DNA of 64,000 nucleotides from a virus: positions 64,001 through 128,000 of IMG/VR virus record IMGVR_UViG_3300022752_000020; one strand, written 5' to 3'. Below the pieces are notes generated by a model. The model searched no databases. It was not told the DNA's origin and worked only from the letters and a program-made list of their open reading frames with translations. Made by a program: the position numbers and the translations under genes. Positions 19,222-29,636 of this stretch are shown here, piece after piece; the stretch's first letter is position 1, and every line of letters begins with the position of its first letter.

Positions 19222-20322
19222 TTAATTAAGTCCAGCTAGGCGACGGATATCAACGATGTTACTATCGGGTTCGCTGCTGTTTGTCTTTTGTGTGGTAACC
19301 TTGTTACCGGTAATTTCCTTTGCCTCTACAAGTGCCTGTCTTTTCTTGGTTGTACCAGCACTACCTTCTATAATAGTTGGTAGATACTTGTTAAAACTTT
19401 CTGTTAGTCGTGTTGTTTGTACGCTTTCTAAAAGTTCACTCATAATTCCCTTTTGTTCTGCGTTTAATGGAGCAAGCAGTTCACCCATTACTTCTCTACG
19501 CTTGGCTGCTTCTTTTAGACGACGAATTTCCATTTCCTTGGTTTCTATAACTCTCTGTGCTTTCACTGCCACTGTATTAGCCATAGTGATGGCAGAGTCT
19601 TTCTTGTTTATAACCTTGAGCAATTTACTTGTTTCTGATTTCTCATTCAAGTAACTATTCTGGTATTCGTTGCTAAATGCTTCAAATATCTTACGACCAA
19701 AGTCTGCTCTACGGGCTGCTTCAATGTCCTCTTTAAGTTGTACAAGCTCTTTATTCAAGCTCTTTGTTACAACTTGCTCGACCATTACTGCGGCACGCTT
19801 CACAAAATCCTTTTTCATCTTTCCTAGCTGTTGGCGACCTTCTTTAATTAACTTAACTTTGGTCTGAGCTAGATCCTTCTTATCTGCATAAAATTCAGCA
19901 ATTTCATTAGCGAGAGCTTCAACCACAAATTCTTCTAGTTTAAAGAATTTTGTAGCCATAGACTTTTGATCTTCATGCAATTCTTTTACTTCTTTGGCGA
20001 GACTACGTGTGATGAACTCTTTGAGTACAGCACTGTCTTGCTTCATTTTCATTGCATACTTGGCTTTGGCTTCGGCTAATTGTTTACGATCTTCTGCGAA
20101 CTCAGCAATTTCAGGTGCTAGTTGATCTGCTACCATTCTGTCAATGGCTTCAATCATGACCGTACGATCATGCTCATAACGCTGAGCAAATTCTTCCCTT
20201 AATTGTTGGCTTAGCTGTTCACGATTTTCGGCAACACGGGCTTCCCATGCTTCCTCAATTTGAGATCTAATATCCTCACTAATCACATTGTTTTCAAATA
20301 AGCTTTTTAATACATCCAACAT
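19222..20322 (-). CDS. gp22: Prohead core / scaffold protein
   Basis: Coiled-coil, E/K/A-rich, FGRKIFEAF motif; sits between protease and capsid genes. Confidence 0.88.
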   Translation of the reverse strand: MLDVLKSLFENNVISEDIRSQIEEAWEARVAENREQLSQQLREEFAQRYEHDRTVMIEAIDRMVADQLAPEIAEFAEDRKQLAEAKAKYAMKMKQDSAVLKEFITRSLAKEVKELHEDQKSMATKFFKLEEFVVEALANEIAEFYADKKDLAQTKVKLIKEGRQQLGKMKKDFVKRAAVMVEQVVTKSLNKELVQLKEDIEAARRADFGRKIFEAFSNEYQNSYLNEKSETSKLLKVINKKDSAITMANTVAVKAQRVIETKEMEIRRLKEAAKRREVMGELLAPLNAEQKGIMSELLESVQTTRLTESFNKYLPTIIEGSAGTTKKRQALVEAKEITGNKVTTQKTNSSEPDSNIVDIRRLAGLN

Positions 20323-20338
20323 TGTGATTCTCCTCTTG

Positions 20339-20965
20339 TTATCGGAGCTTGCCTATTACTGCTAATAGGCTCTCTTTAATATACTTCTGTGCCTTGGCAT
20401 CTTTCTTCACTTCCTCCGCTATGCGTAAGGCTCTATAACCACCACGACTATTCATCAAGTGTTCATAGATTGGTGTAGGATATGCACCTGGGGCACTAGG
20501 TTGAGCTACCACATCCACTGTGATAATCTCAAAATCACTGACCTTGCCAGTACCATCTCCACTGACATTGCCGGATCCTCTACTACTTACTCCCAACTTA
20601 ACTCCACTTTCTAACATGGTACGAACTAATTGTCCCATGGGTGTTGGCAGTATTTTAAACTTTCCATAACCATTTGGACCGTCCATCCACATTTCTGTAA
20701 TCATGTGGCTTACACGGTCCAAATTAATTTTTAAATCATCTGGATGATCTACTTCACCGAGAACGCTATATCCTCCTGATATCTGATCGTTCAAAGTTTT
20801 GACAGCTCGCTCTATCTCATCAACAGGATATATTCTCTGGTTGGCATTTTTAATACCACCTTGAATACAAATACCTTTCATAAAAAGGTCTTTACCATTT
20901 TCACCTTGACTTTCGACCACGACACGAGCCTGATCGAAACTCAAGTTTTCACGTAAGTAGCTCAT
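20339..20965 (-). CDS. gp21: Prohead protease
   Basis: KNANQRIYP, LGEVDHP, LGVSSRGSG and TVDVVAQPSAPGAY motifs. Confidence 0.96.
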   Translation of the reverse strand: MSYLRENLSFDQARVVVESQGENGKDLFMKGICIQGGIKNANQRIYPVDEIERAVKTLNDQISGGYSVLGEVDHPDDLKINLDRVSHMITEMWMDGPNGYGKFKILPTPMGQLVRTMLESGVKLGVSSRGSGNVSGDGTGKVSDFEIITVDVVAQPSAPGAYPTPIYEHLMNSRGGYRALRIAEEVKKDAKAQKYIKESLLAVIGKLR

Positions 20966-20975
20966 CTATCTGTGT

Positions 20976-22013
20976 TTACTTGGCTCTTTTTGGTGCGCCG
21001 TTTAGTGGACTCTTTGTGTTTAGTCCACCAACTTGACCTGCTGCGCCGCCTGTACCTGCACCCCAAGCTTTACCTTCTGCTTCACCTTTCTTCTCTGCAC
21101 CGTGTCCAGGCTCTTTCTTCTTAAAGCCTGTCTTACCAGCATTGCCACCTGGCTTGTTTACATTGCCAAAATCTTCAATTTGTGGCTTGCTTTGTTTAAA
21201 CACACCGTTACCTTGTATAGTACGTCCTGCACCTACTTCTACAGGAGCAGCACCATTACGGCCACTTAGAATGTTTTGATTTGTACCACCCATGTCATTT
21301 TTCATGTTGTCGATGATACTTTTTGTGTTAACACCATCATCACCCATTTTACCCCAGGTGTTATAGTTACCACCACCTACTTTCTCTACATATTCACGGA
21401 TGAAGTCTTCATCACTGCGTGACTCTTCTTCCTCTTCTTCCTCTTCCTCTTCTTCACTACGCTTTTCAAAGTACATACTGTCTTTTGTAGGTTCTTCTTC
21501 ACCGCCCATGTCATCGCCGCCCATGCCCATGTCATCGCCGCCCATGCCCATGTCGTCGCCTTCTTCACCACCTTCATCACCCATTAGACTTTCAAACTCG
21601 TCTCTTAGTGCTTCAAGTTCTGATTCTAGATCGTCCAAACGGTCACCAAGTTCTTCTTCTCCACCAGCACCCATGTCCATGTCGCCGCCCATTTCATCGT
21701 CGCCGCCCATGTCCAACTCATCACCACCTTCATCACCAACGTCACCTAGCATGTCGTCGGATGAATCACCACCGAAGGCTTCCATACCTGGCTCTGTTGG
21801 CTCAGGTAACATACCCATGTTTTCTTCGACATCGTCCTCATCGTCATCACGTGACTCTTCGGTTTCCTCTTCTTCGAAATCATCGGCTAATAAATTCTCG
21901 TAAATCTCGCGGCTTTTAGCCACGACTATATCATGAAATAACTCTCGTGCTCGTGCTTCCTCATCGTTAATAAGGTACTCAAGCATCTGTTCGAACTTTG
22001 AACGATCTCCCAT
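20976..22013 (-). CDS. Acidic low-complexity prohead core protein (gp67/gp68 position)
   Basis: Extremely D/E/G/M-rich N-terminal two-thirds and basic G/K-rich C-terminus; directly upstream of gp21 with its own TAAATA (22048-22053). Confidence 0.6.
   Translation of the reverse strand: MGDRSKFEQMLEYLINDEEARARELFHDIVVAKSREIYENLLADDFEEEETEESRDDDEDDVEENMGMLPEPTEPGMEAFGGDSSDDMLGDVGDEGGDELDMGGDDEMGGDMDMGAGGEEELGDRLDDLESELEALRDEFESLMGDEGGEEGDDMGMGGDDMGMGGDDMGGEEEPTKDSMYFEKRSEEEEEEEEEEESRSDEDFIREYVEKVGGGNYNTWGKMGDDGVNTKSIIDNMKNDMGGTNQNILSGRNGAAPVEVGAGRTIQGNGVFKQSKPQIEDFGNVNKPGGNAGKTGFKKKEPGHGAEKKGEAEGKAWGAGTGGAAGQVGGLNTKSPLNGAPKRAK
21502..21560 (-). repeat. 21-bp coding tandem repeat (GGDDMGM, about 3 copies)
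   Basis: gcccatgtcatcgccgcccat units. Confidence 0.75.
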
Positions 22014-22047
22014 TTTGGTCTCCTATAGGTTATGAGCTGTCAAGTAT

Positions 22048-22053
22048 TATTTA
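22048..22053 (-). promoter_or_regulatory. T4-type late promoter (TAAATA) for the head-assembly operon
   Basis: ATGTAAATAA about 35 nt upstream of the ATG with AGGAG SD. Confidence 0.6.
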
Positions 22054-22090
22054 CATATAACTGTAAAAAAGGGTGTCTAATGGCTAAAAT

Positions 22091-22702
22091 TTAACGTATT
22101 TTATCCCATGTTGATATCATTTTTCTAAAATCTTCGTATAGTATTTGGTAATAGTTATCATATGTCCATTTGGTCTCAAAGAAATTTGGAATAGTCACTC
22201 TAAAATATTTGATATGCGTATTTTCTTTAATAATATTTTCTGTTTGTTTGAGCCAATTGCCATAGAATGTAGCGGCATGATCAGCAGGTCTATAGTTAAT
22301 TGTGCCTGCAAATACGTTATTAATTTTACCATCAATGCCTTCAAAATCAAACCCAAATATATAGACTTCATCAGGACAATGAGTCTTACTTAGATACAAG
22401 GCAGTGGGACCACTACTATAGCCTAAAGCTGGATCTATATAGTTTAAATTTTGATATTTTAAGGTTTTTTGAGTTATATATGTATAGACATTATGATCCT
22501 GCATATAGCCAGTGTTATGCAATTCTTCTAACATTTTTTTATCAACGGCTATGAGGTAATCAGGCTTATAAACCCTATAAACAGCATTACATGCATATAT
22601 TGTTCCATAGGGCTTAACTTCATCAAAATCTATATTTAGGCGTGTTTTTCCGTTGCCAAATATAAAATGTCGTATTACATTGGCTTTCTTCGACACATCC
22701 AT
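22091..22702 (-). CDS. Maf/DUF115-like (sialyltransferase-fold) transferase
   Basis: IFGNGKTR, IYACNAVYR..PDYLIAVD, YSSGPTALYL and VYIFGFDF motifs; start codon uncertain because it overlaps the upstream gene. Confidence 0.55.
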   Translation of the reverse strand: MDVSKKANVIRHFIFGNGKTRLNIDFDEVKPYGTIYACNAVYRVYKPDYLIAVDKKMLEELHNTGYMQDHNVYTYITQKTLKYQNLNYIDPALGYSSGPTALYLSKTHCPDEVYIFGFDFEGIDGKINNVFAGTINYRPADHAATFYGNWLKQTENIIKENTHIKYFRVTIPNFFETKWTYDNYYQILYEDFRKMISTWDKIR

Positions 22703-23271
22703 GCTACGTTTTGAAACTCATCATACATATAATCTTCTAGTTTATTTCTATCAATTGTTTCTTGTATGTCAGCATCTACTATCTCACACCAATTCCAGAT
22801 ACGACGATTAATATTTTGTTCAAAAATATCTCTATCTTTACAATAATCATGGGCCATGATGAAATCACCGGGCTTTAAATAATCTGTAAGTAAATTTACT
22901 TCCATTTGCTTTAATCCACCGTCGCAGAGTAAAACAGTGGTGCCACTACGCTGTAGATTAGCTATAATTTCTTCTTTATTATCTGGTCTTAGATTCATGT
23001 AATCATCAGTAAAAAGATTACATATTCTAACATTAATACCTTCATTACTTAACATTACATACCAACCTTGTGGATATAGTTCATAACTGATCATTTCATA
23101 TTCATGACCAACTTCTTTTAAAAGTCTGTTTAGTGCCAAGCTAGTAGCACCTTGAGCTATACCAATTTCTATAACTGTTGTGGGCTTTATTTTATGAAAA
23201 AAATCCCTAAAAACTTCCTGAAATCTATAATGTTGCTGGCACACTAGGCCATCAATTGGTGGATGTTCCAT
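22675..23271 (-). CDS. Class I SAM-dependent methyltransferase-like protein (CmcI/Methyltransf_24-like)
   Basis: KPTTVIEIGIAQGATS (motif I), LLCDGG, LKPGDFIMAHD. Confidence 0.65.
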   Translation of the reverse strand: MEHPPIDGLVCQQHYRFQEVFRDFFHKIKPTTVIEIGIAQGATSLALNRLLKEVGHEYEMISYELYPQGWYVMLSNEGINVRICNLFTDDYMNLRPDNKEEIIANLQRSGTTVLLCDGGLKQMEVNLLTDYLKPGDFIMAHDYCKDRDIFEQNINRRIWNWCEIVDADIQETIDRNKLEDYMYDEFQNVAWMCRRKPM

Positions 23272-23290
23272 ATTATTCCTTTATAAATGA

Positions 23291-23533
23291 TTAGGCAGCA
23301 GGCTGTGCAGGTTCAGTGCCGTACATTTTTTGAACAAACTCCATTTCTTCTTCTGTTTCTAAAATGTGTGCTTCCGAAGCCTTACGTAAATCATTTATCT
23401 GTTTCAGGGTTAACCTAGTTTTTCTTTGGTCTGTACGCATTAGTTCATCAAGATCCCGTGCAGAATCAAATCTGAAATCATTCACAATCTTATTTGTTTC
23501 TGTATTAAGGTAAAATAGTTCTCGAAGTATCAT
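23291..23533 (-). CDS. Small hypothetical late protein (80 aa)
   Basis: Intact ORF directly after the portal gene; TAAATAAATA 4 nt before the ATG; no SD. Confidence 0.65.
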   Translation of the reverse strand: MILRELFYLNTETNKIVNDFRFDSARDLDELMRTDQRKTRLTLKQINDLRKASEAHILETEEEMEFVQKMYGTEPAQPAA

Positions 23534-23544
23534 AGTGTATTTAT

Positions 23545-25269
23545 TTACATTGGAGCCTGTACTGGAGGTGTTGCTCCCATACCTGTATCCATACCCGGTG
23601 GCATAGCTCCTTGCTGTGTCATATCTTCTGGTGCAGTAGTATCGCTGCTCATCTCTAAATCGCTGTCAATTCCTGCTGCACTAATGCCTGCACCGCGTAA
23701 TTCTCCGCTGGAATCAGTACCTGTGATAGGTGCCATGCCCTTCTCTTGACGCCATAGATTTTCGTTTTCTGCCATCTCTTCTTCACTTAAACCTAGGAAT
23801 CTCTTTAGGGCAAAACGCTTACTGATATAAGGAACTTGTTGTATGGTATTAAATGTATTGATCCTCTGTCCATCCATCTCACTTTGACGATAAGCAGCAA
23901 AGTTTAATGGTGCTTGAAATTTTAACTCAAACAAACTTGTGTCAATGTTTACACCTTTACTATAGAGGAACCTCTTAAATTCCTCATCAAAAACACTGGT
24001 TAACAATGTTTGTAGTCTCATACAATAATTATTAAAACGTAGTTCTTGTATATAGGCTGTACCTACACGACCATCGTTATATTGCTGTTGTCCATCATCT
24101 GGACCGCTGGGAAGATAGCTACTCGGTATACGCAAAGCTCTAAATAATTTGTTTGTAAAATATCTTAAATCGTCAATTTCACCAAGATTTTGACCGCCTG
24201 CTAGTGTTTCTACCTTACTGCCTCTACCGCCTTCAGTCTGCGGGAAGAAATAGTCTTCACCAATACTCAATGGGTTGTAAGCACTATCAATAATGTTCAT
24301 ACCACCGCCATTTTGACTAGGAATACGACGTTGATGTATTTCATTTTTAACACGCTCTACAAAGCTCATAGCCATATGACTGGGCATATTTCCCACATCA
24401 ATATAGAAAATTCTACGCTCTGGAGCACGTTGTATACGATAGATTAAAATAGCATCTTCTAATAATTCTTTTTGTTTATAAACTTTAAAAACTTGTTCAA
24501 GTAGACTAGTACCAAATGGATAATTGTTGTCAAGACCTTCACTTAAACTCAAATGTATAACGTGAGCAGCATCAATGGCCATCTCATTTTCGTTGATACT
24601 AAAGCGATCTCCGTACTGACTAGGATATGCACCTGTAGCACCACGAGCCATACCTCCACCTGCTACATAATTACTACCTCTATTGTTAGTTTGATATGGA
24701 CTTAATTGAATTTGAGTAGCTACTAAATGTGTAAAATTAGGATTTAAATCTCTAATTACATATTGTTCAGGCTTTTTACCTTCACTTTCATTAACAATTA
24801 CCTTGACTAATTTACTGGGGTCTATGTAAAACCATTTCTGTGTTTCTGGATCACGAATAAAAAAACTATCACCAAATTTAAAAGTATTTCGTACCATACG
24901 AAAAAATCTTACATCAAATTGTTGTAGTTTGAACCATTGCTGTAAGTATTCTCTGAGCACACGAATTTCTGTATTTGTGGCACGATCCTTAAAACTTAGA
25001 CTAAAAGTTGTATTATTTTCTTTATTTTTTTGTGTACAAAATTCTGCAAGTATATCCAATGCTGCATTAACTTCTGGATCCATGTCCATGGTCTCATATT
25101 GCATATATCTTTCAATACGATTTGGACTACCGGTGTAGATATCAGGTAGATAACTGCTATAATTACTACGAGCAGGTCCTGGCTTATTACCTGAATTCAT
25201 ACCATTAATCACGCTAAGGCCTGATTGATTACTGGTATCAACAGGTGTAAAGTATCTACGCCAACTCAT
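23545..25269 (-). CDS. gp20: Portal vertex protein
   Basis: LLEDAILIYRIQRAPERRIFYIDVGNMP, EDYFFPQTEGGRGSKVETLAGGQNLGEIDDLRYF, ALRIPSSYL. Confidence 0.97.
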   Translation of the reverse strand: MSWRRYFTPVDTSNQSGLSVINGMNSGNKPGPARSNYSSYLPDIYTGSPNRIERYMQYETMDMDPEVNAALDILAEFCTQKNKENNTTFSLSFKDRATNTEIRVLREYLQQWFKLQQFDVRFFRMVRNTFKFGDSFFIRDPETQKWFYIDPSKLVKVIVNESEGKKPEQYVIRDLNPNFTHLVATQIQLSPYQTNNRGSNYVAGGGMARGATGAYPSQYGDRFSINENEMAIDAAHVIHLSLSEGLDNNYPFGTSLLEQVFKVYKQKELLEDAILIYRIQRAPERRIFYIDVGNMPSHMAMSFVERVKNEIHQRRIPSQNGGGMNIIDSAYNPLSIGEDYFFPQTEGGRGSKVETLAGGQNLGEIDDLRYFTNKLFRALRIPSSYLPSGPDDGQQQYNDGRVGTAYIQELRFNNYCMRLQTLLTSVFDEEFKRFLYSKGVNIDTSLFELKFQAPLNFAAYRQSEMDGQRINTFNTIQQVPYISKRFALKRFLGLSEEEMAENENLWRQEKGMAPITGTDSSGELRGAGISAAGIDSDLEMSSDTTAPEDMTQQGAMPPGMDTGMGATPPVQAPM

Positions 25270-25272
25270 ATG

Positions 25273-28200
25273 TTATGCCCTATTATAAAGATTGCCGTTA
25301 TTGGCTTTTACTGCACTTACCTGTGCTCTACCAGTCTCTTCAACCTTATTGATTAGTTTATTCATGCTACTATTTAATGATTCTAAAGTTTTAACTACAT
25401 CATCAAGAGTTTTAGTTGCTTGCTTTTCTGTACCAGTTGTACTAGTTTTCTTATCATCATTCTTTTTAGAATCTTCTTTGTCCTTATCCTCTTTCTTGGC
25501 GTCATTTTGTCTTTGTAATCTTCTTGTTTCAGCATCGCTTTGATTTTCTATAGTTTTAGCTTGACTTCTTGGCTTGGGTATAGGTAGTCCATCAGGACCC
25601 ATAGTAAAGTCGCCCATACTTAATGGTGCTACATCTGCTTGTCCCTCCTGTTCTGCTGCCTTGGGATTAGATTCACCAAAATCTACAAAATTGTTGCTCA
25701 TGGCCAAAGGTTCAGCTGCATCAAAACCTGCTACACTGGCATCACCAGGATCTGTTCCACCTATTAGATCGTTACCTGCACCATATTCATCTTCCTCAAA
25801 GCTACGATCTAGTTCTCCACCAATAGCTTCACCACCTTCACCATATTCATCTTCCTCAAATTCTTTCAACCCTGATACTTGATCTTTAAACTCTTTTAAT
25901 GCAAGTCCTATATAATCTTCTTCTGGCTCTTTAGGTAGCACTATGTCCTCACCACCTTCACCATATTCATCTTCCTCAAACTCGCCACGCTCTGGCATGT
26001 CAAACATTTCATTGAGCTCTTGCATCATAGAATCTTGTGCATCAGATATAACTTGTGATGGCATGTCAAACATTTCATTGAGCTCTTGCATCATAGAATC
26101 TTGTGCATCAGATATAACTTGTGATGGCATGTCAAACATTTCATTGAGCTCTTGCATCATAGAATCTTGTGCATCAGATATAACTTGTGATGGCATGTCA
26201 AACATTTCATTGAGCTCTTTCATCATAGAATCTTGTGCGTCAGATATAACTTGTGATGGCATGTCAAACATTTCATTGAGCTCTTGCATCATAGAATCTT
26301 GTGCATCAGATATAACTTGTGATGGCATGTCAAACATTTCATTAGTTTCTTGCATCATAGAATCTTGTGCATCAGATATAACTTGTGATGGCATGTCAAA
26401 CATTTCATTGAGCTCTTTCATCATAGAATCTTGTGCATCAGATATAACTTGTGATGGCATGTCAAACATTTCATTAGTTTCTTGCATCATAGAATCTTGT
26501 GCATCAGATATAACTTGTGATGGCATGTCAAACATTTCATTGAGCTCTTTCATCATAGAATCTTGTGCGTCAGATATAACTTGTGATGGCATGTCAAACA
26601 TTTCATTAATTTCTTGCATAAATGCTGATTGTGCAGCCACAGCAGCATCAGTCATTCCACCTACACTTTCTATTTGTGCCTCATTAGCTTTTTCTGTTTG
26701 TTCTAAAATTTTATTATCAGATTCTTTTTTAGCTATCCCAAGTGCTTCATCTAATTCTTTTTGTTGTTCTAGATTAGATTTAAGATTATTCTGAGCTCTT
26801 ATTACACCGTTTTCCGCCAACTTCAACTGTGCCTGCTCTTCTTCTGTCAGTGCTCTTTCATTAGCTAGAGCTTTTAGTCCGTCTACTTCACCTTGACGCT
26901 CTAATAGTCTTTCTTCAATTTCTGTTCTTCTCTCTGCCAATTTGTTCATTTCTTCAGTCTTGTCTCTTATACCTTGAACTGGCAGTGCTTCCTTCATATC
27001 CTCTTTGATTTTTTCACTATTAGACTTAACTTCTACCTTAGCATCAGTTAATGGCGCCACTATTAGCTTGCCCATATCTTTACTGATATTTTCAGCTTCC
27101 CTATAAGCCTGTTTCATTTCTTGATTGGCTTTTTTAAATGCTTCACTGCCTTCAATTTCTTCTTTGCTCTTGCCTTCTCTCTGCCCTTTAGCCATCATAG
27201 TGTCCATAGCTGCGCTTGCTTGATCTCCTCGTTCAGTGGCAGCTTCTTTGGCCTTGGCTAAATCGTTTATTTTTGCCTGTCTCTCCATTTGGCGTTGATA
27301 GAGTTCTTCTCGTTTCTTCTCCTGCTCTGCTTCTTCGGCATTACGACGAACTATATTATCCCCGCCACCAGTTACATTCTGTGTTTCAGTGATCATAGTC
27401 TCGGCATTTTTTAGTTTCATTCCTGTGGATTCTTCTATCTTAGGTACTGGCATTGTACCCTGTAGATCCTTAACCATATCCATGGCTTTTTGTGTATCAA
27501 ACTTTCCGTTGAATAACTCTCTTAACTTTTTCTCTTCATTCTCTAGTTTCTTAATTACTGCTTGACCTTCTGGACTATTTGGATCAACATCTTTACCATC
27601 TATAGTGACCTTCGTATTACTCTTTTTATTTTCTATAGCATTATCTACAGCACGTACACTAGCTTGGGTAGGAATTTGATTATTGAGATCTCTTTGTTTT
27701 TCCTCCCACATTTTCCTAGCTTCTGCTTCTGAAATTTTTGGAGTTTCAGATTTCTTATCTTCAGCTTTTTTGTCTTCAGCTTTTTTGTCTTCAGCTTTTT
27801 TGTCTTCAGCTTTCTTTTCAGTTGCAACTTGTACTTGTCCAAAGTTTTTAGGCCAATTAATGATTTCAACTTTGCTAGTGGTTGTTGCAATATCTTTAGC
27901 AATTTTTTGTAGATCAATTCCTGGAAGCTTTGTAGCATCACTAGTTCTAGATCCTTGTGCAGCTACCACTCTGTTCAACACATCACCTATAGCTTCTGTC
28001 CTTACATTTTGTATTAGATTTTTCTGTTGCTCAGGTGTCAGTACCATTTCACCTTTGTGTAATAAGGCCATTACATCTTTTGTTTCTATGGCTCTACCAG
28101 TTTCACCTAAAGTACCGCCAGCACGACCAGTTTCTTCTTTGGTAACCTTTAGAGTACCTACATTCATTATACCCACTTTTGCATCTTGTAGTGCTCCTTG

Positions 28201-29586
28201 TATAGCGGGTATAATGCCCTTATCATAGGCAGTAGTGACTGCTTTGGCAGTTCCTTGTGCTAGGCCTGTACCTATATCAGTAAACATTCCTACTGTACCT
28301 TCCAGTCGATCTTGTCTAGTAGCTGGACTGAATTTGCCCTTTTCTGCATCCTTCTCCTGCTGTATTCTAGCCTGATTATACCTTCTAGCAATGTCTTCAG
28401 GGTTATCCCCTGCCTTGGTCATGAGCATTGATTCACTTAATCTTCTACCTGCTTTGTCAATGTCACCGCCTTTTCTATTCAGTTCTCCTAAAGTTCTAGT
28501 AGATGCAGCAGCATTTAAATCATCTATAACAATGCCTAAAGTTCTTATACTTTGAGTAATACCTGAACGTGCCTTTTGTTCTTCTTGTATGGCTGCTACT
28601 TGTTTTTTCATAGCAGCTTCAACATCTCCGCTACCTTTGGCAACATTTTGCATACCATGATAGGCAGTGTCATTAGCCTTCATCAAATTTCTACTGGCTT
28701 CACCTGCTTCGCCGCCTGCATAGATTGATGTTTGTAAAAATGCTTTATCCTTTTGCAACTTCATAGCTTCAATACTAGCACGCTCTGTATAAACTTTTGC
28801 TAGTTCTGTATTACCTCGACTGAGCTCTGTAGCACTTTTAGCAGCATTCATACCTGCCTGACCATACATGCCCATCTGTGTCTGAGCACTTTTACTCATG
28901 GCTGTACCAGTGGCAAAATACTCCTTATATAGGTCTCCCATGCCCTTAGCAGCCATTTGAGCATAGTTATTTTTAAATTGATCTCTTGCTCTTTTCTCTG
29001 CTTCTTCACCTTGTTCCAGACCAATTAGTCTAAACTTGGCCTCTAACTTCATATCAGCTTGAGCTTTTTTGAGGTTGTCTTCTTGTTCCTTACGACTTAC
29101 ACCTGTTAATTGTGTTAACTGATCTAATTCTAATGCAAATTGAGCAGCACTGGCCGCTGCCTTAGCCTGACCTTCTTTGGTATTTTCAAATGTACTTTTT
29201 TGAAATCCTACAGTAAGAGCTAAAACTTCATTAAGTTCACCAGTAGTAAAACCCATTTGACGTAGGTTTTCTGTGAGACCACTACTATGATATACCTTGG
29301 CTAGATCTGAGAATACTTGAGTACCTTTGCTAACACTACCGCCCAAGGTGCCCATGATATCATTATTACTTTGTAGTAATTCAGCAAACTTTTCAATAGG
29401 CATGCGAGCATTGGTAGCTGCCATCTGCATCTTGATCATATCATTGCCAAAGGTATTACCCGTGACACTGAGCTGCTCAAAGGTTTGATTCATCCTCTCA
29501 ATAGGTGTTTTAGCCTTTTCAACAGTTTGACCAAACTTTCTAACACTATCTACAGCACTACCTAACATACCCTTTTCATCTGCCAT
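25273..29586 (-). CDS. Tail tape-measure / baseplate-hub-like protein (gp29-like, 1,437 aa)
   Basis: Long helical A/Q/K/E-rich protein, ALLHKGEMVLTPEQ tape-measure-type motif, 22-aa repeats; divergent from the gp26-like gene. Confidence 0.7.
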   Translation of the reverse strand: MADEKGMLGSAVDSVRKFGQTVEKAKTPIERMNQTFEQLSVTGNTFGNDMIKMQMAATNARMPIEKFAELLQSNNDIMGTLGGSVSKGTQVFSDLAKVYHSSGLTENLRQMGFTTGELNEVLALTVGFQKSTFENTKEGQAKAAASAAQFALELDQLTQLTGVSRKEQEDNLKKAQADMKLEAKFRLIGLEQGEEAEKRARDQFKNNYAQMAAKGMGDLYKEYFATGTAMSKSAQTQMGMYGQAGMNAAKSATELSRGNTELAKVYTERASIEAMKLQKDKAFLQTSIYAGGEAGEASRNLMKANDTAYHGMQNVAKGSGDVEAAMKKQVAAIQEEQKARSGITQSIRTLGIVIDDLNAAASTRTLGELNRKGGDIDKAGRRLSESMLMTKAGDNPEDIARRYNQARIQQEKDAEKGKFSPATRQDRLEGTVGMFTDIGTGLAQGTAKAVTTAYDKGIIPAIQGALQDAKVGIMNVGTLKVTKEETGRAGGTLGETGRAIETKDVMALLHKGEMVLTPEQQKNLIQNVRTEAIGDVLNRVVAAQGSRTSDATKLPGIDLQKIAKDIATTTSKVEIINWPKNFGQVQVATEKKAEDKKAEDKKAEDKKAEDKKSETPKISEAEARKMWEEKQRDLNNQIPTQASVRAVDNAIENKKSNTKVTIDGKDVDPNSPEGQAVIKKLENEEKKLRELFNGKFDTQKAMDMVKDLQGTMPVPKIEESTGMKLKNAETMITETQNVTGGGDNIVRRNAEEAEQEKKREELYQRQMERQAKINDLAKAKEAATERGDQASAAMDTMMAKGQREGKSKEEIEGSEAFKKANQEMKQAYREAENISKDMGKLIVAPLTDAKVEVKSNSEKIKEDMKEALPVQGIRDKTEEMNKLAERRTEIEERLLERQGEVDGLKALANERALTEEEQAQLKLAENGVIRAQNNLKSNLEQQKELDEALGIAKKESDNKILEQTEKANEAQIESVGGMTDAAVAAQSAFMQEINEMFDMPSQVISDAQDSMMKELNEMFDMPSQVISDAQDSMMQETNEMFDMPSQVISDAQDSMMKELNEMFDMPSQVISDAQDSMMQETNEMFDMPSQVISDAQDSMMQELNEMFDMPSQVISDAQDSMMKELNEMFDMPSQVISDAQDSMMQELNEMFDMPSQVISDAQDSMMQELNEMFDMPSQVISDAQDSMMQELNEMFDMPERGEFEEDEYGEGGEDIVLPKEPEEDYIGLALKEFKDQVSGLKEFEEDEYGEGGEAIGGELDRSFEEDEYGAGNDLIGGTDPGDASVAGFDAAEPLAMSNNFVDFGESNPKAAEQEGQADVAPLSMGDFTMGPDGLPIPKPRSQAKTIENQSDAETRRLQRQNDAKKEDKDKEDSKKNDDKKTSTTGTEKQATKTLDDVVKTLESLNSSMNKLINKVEETGRAQVSAVKANNGNLYNRA
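25993..26619 (-). repeat. 66-bp (22-aa) near-perfect coding tandem repeat, about 9.5 copies
   Basis: TGGCATGTCAAACATTTC recurs from 25993 to 26587 (594 = 9 x 66 bp); encodes MM[QK]E[LT]NEMFDMPSQVISDAQDS. Confidence 0.95.
27752..27818 (-). repeat. 15-bp coding tandem repeat (KKAED x4)
   Basis: tcttcagcttttttg units. Confidence 0.85.
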
Positions 29587-29610
29587 ATTTTTTCTCGTAA
29601 AATAAACACA

Positions 29611-29636
29611 TATAAATATGTTTCTATATATTTATT
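29611..29636. promoter_or_regulatory. Face-to-face pair of late promoters
   Basis: Plus-strand TATAAATA (29611-29618, the exact T4 late consensus) and minus-strand ATAAATA (29629-29635) form an inverted repeat between divergent genes. Confidence 0.65.

Noticed and set aside
25993-26619. 66-bp repeats as a CRISPR array
   Set aside because: Units are contiguous with no unique spacers, are a multiple of 3, and lie in frame in a coding gene; no cas genes seen.
21033-28228. Ser-rich plus-strand ORFs (21400, 25574, 25943, 27683 and others)
   Set aside because: Mirror images of Glu/Asp-rich sense genes; no SD or independent features.
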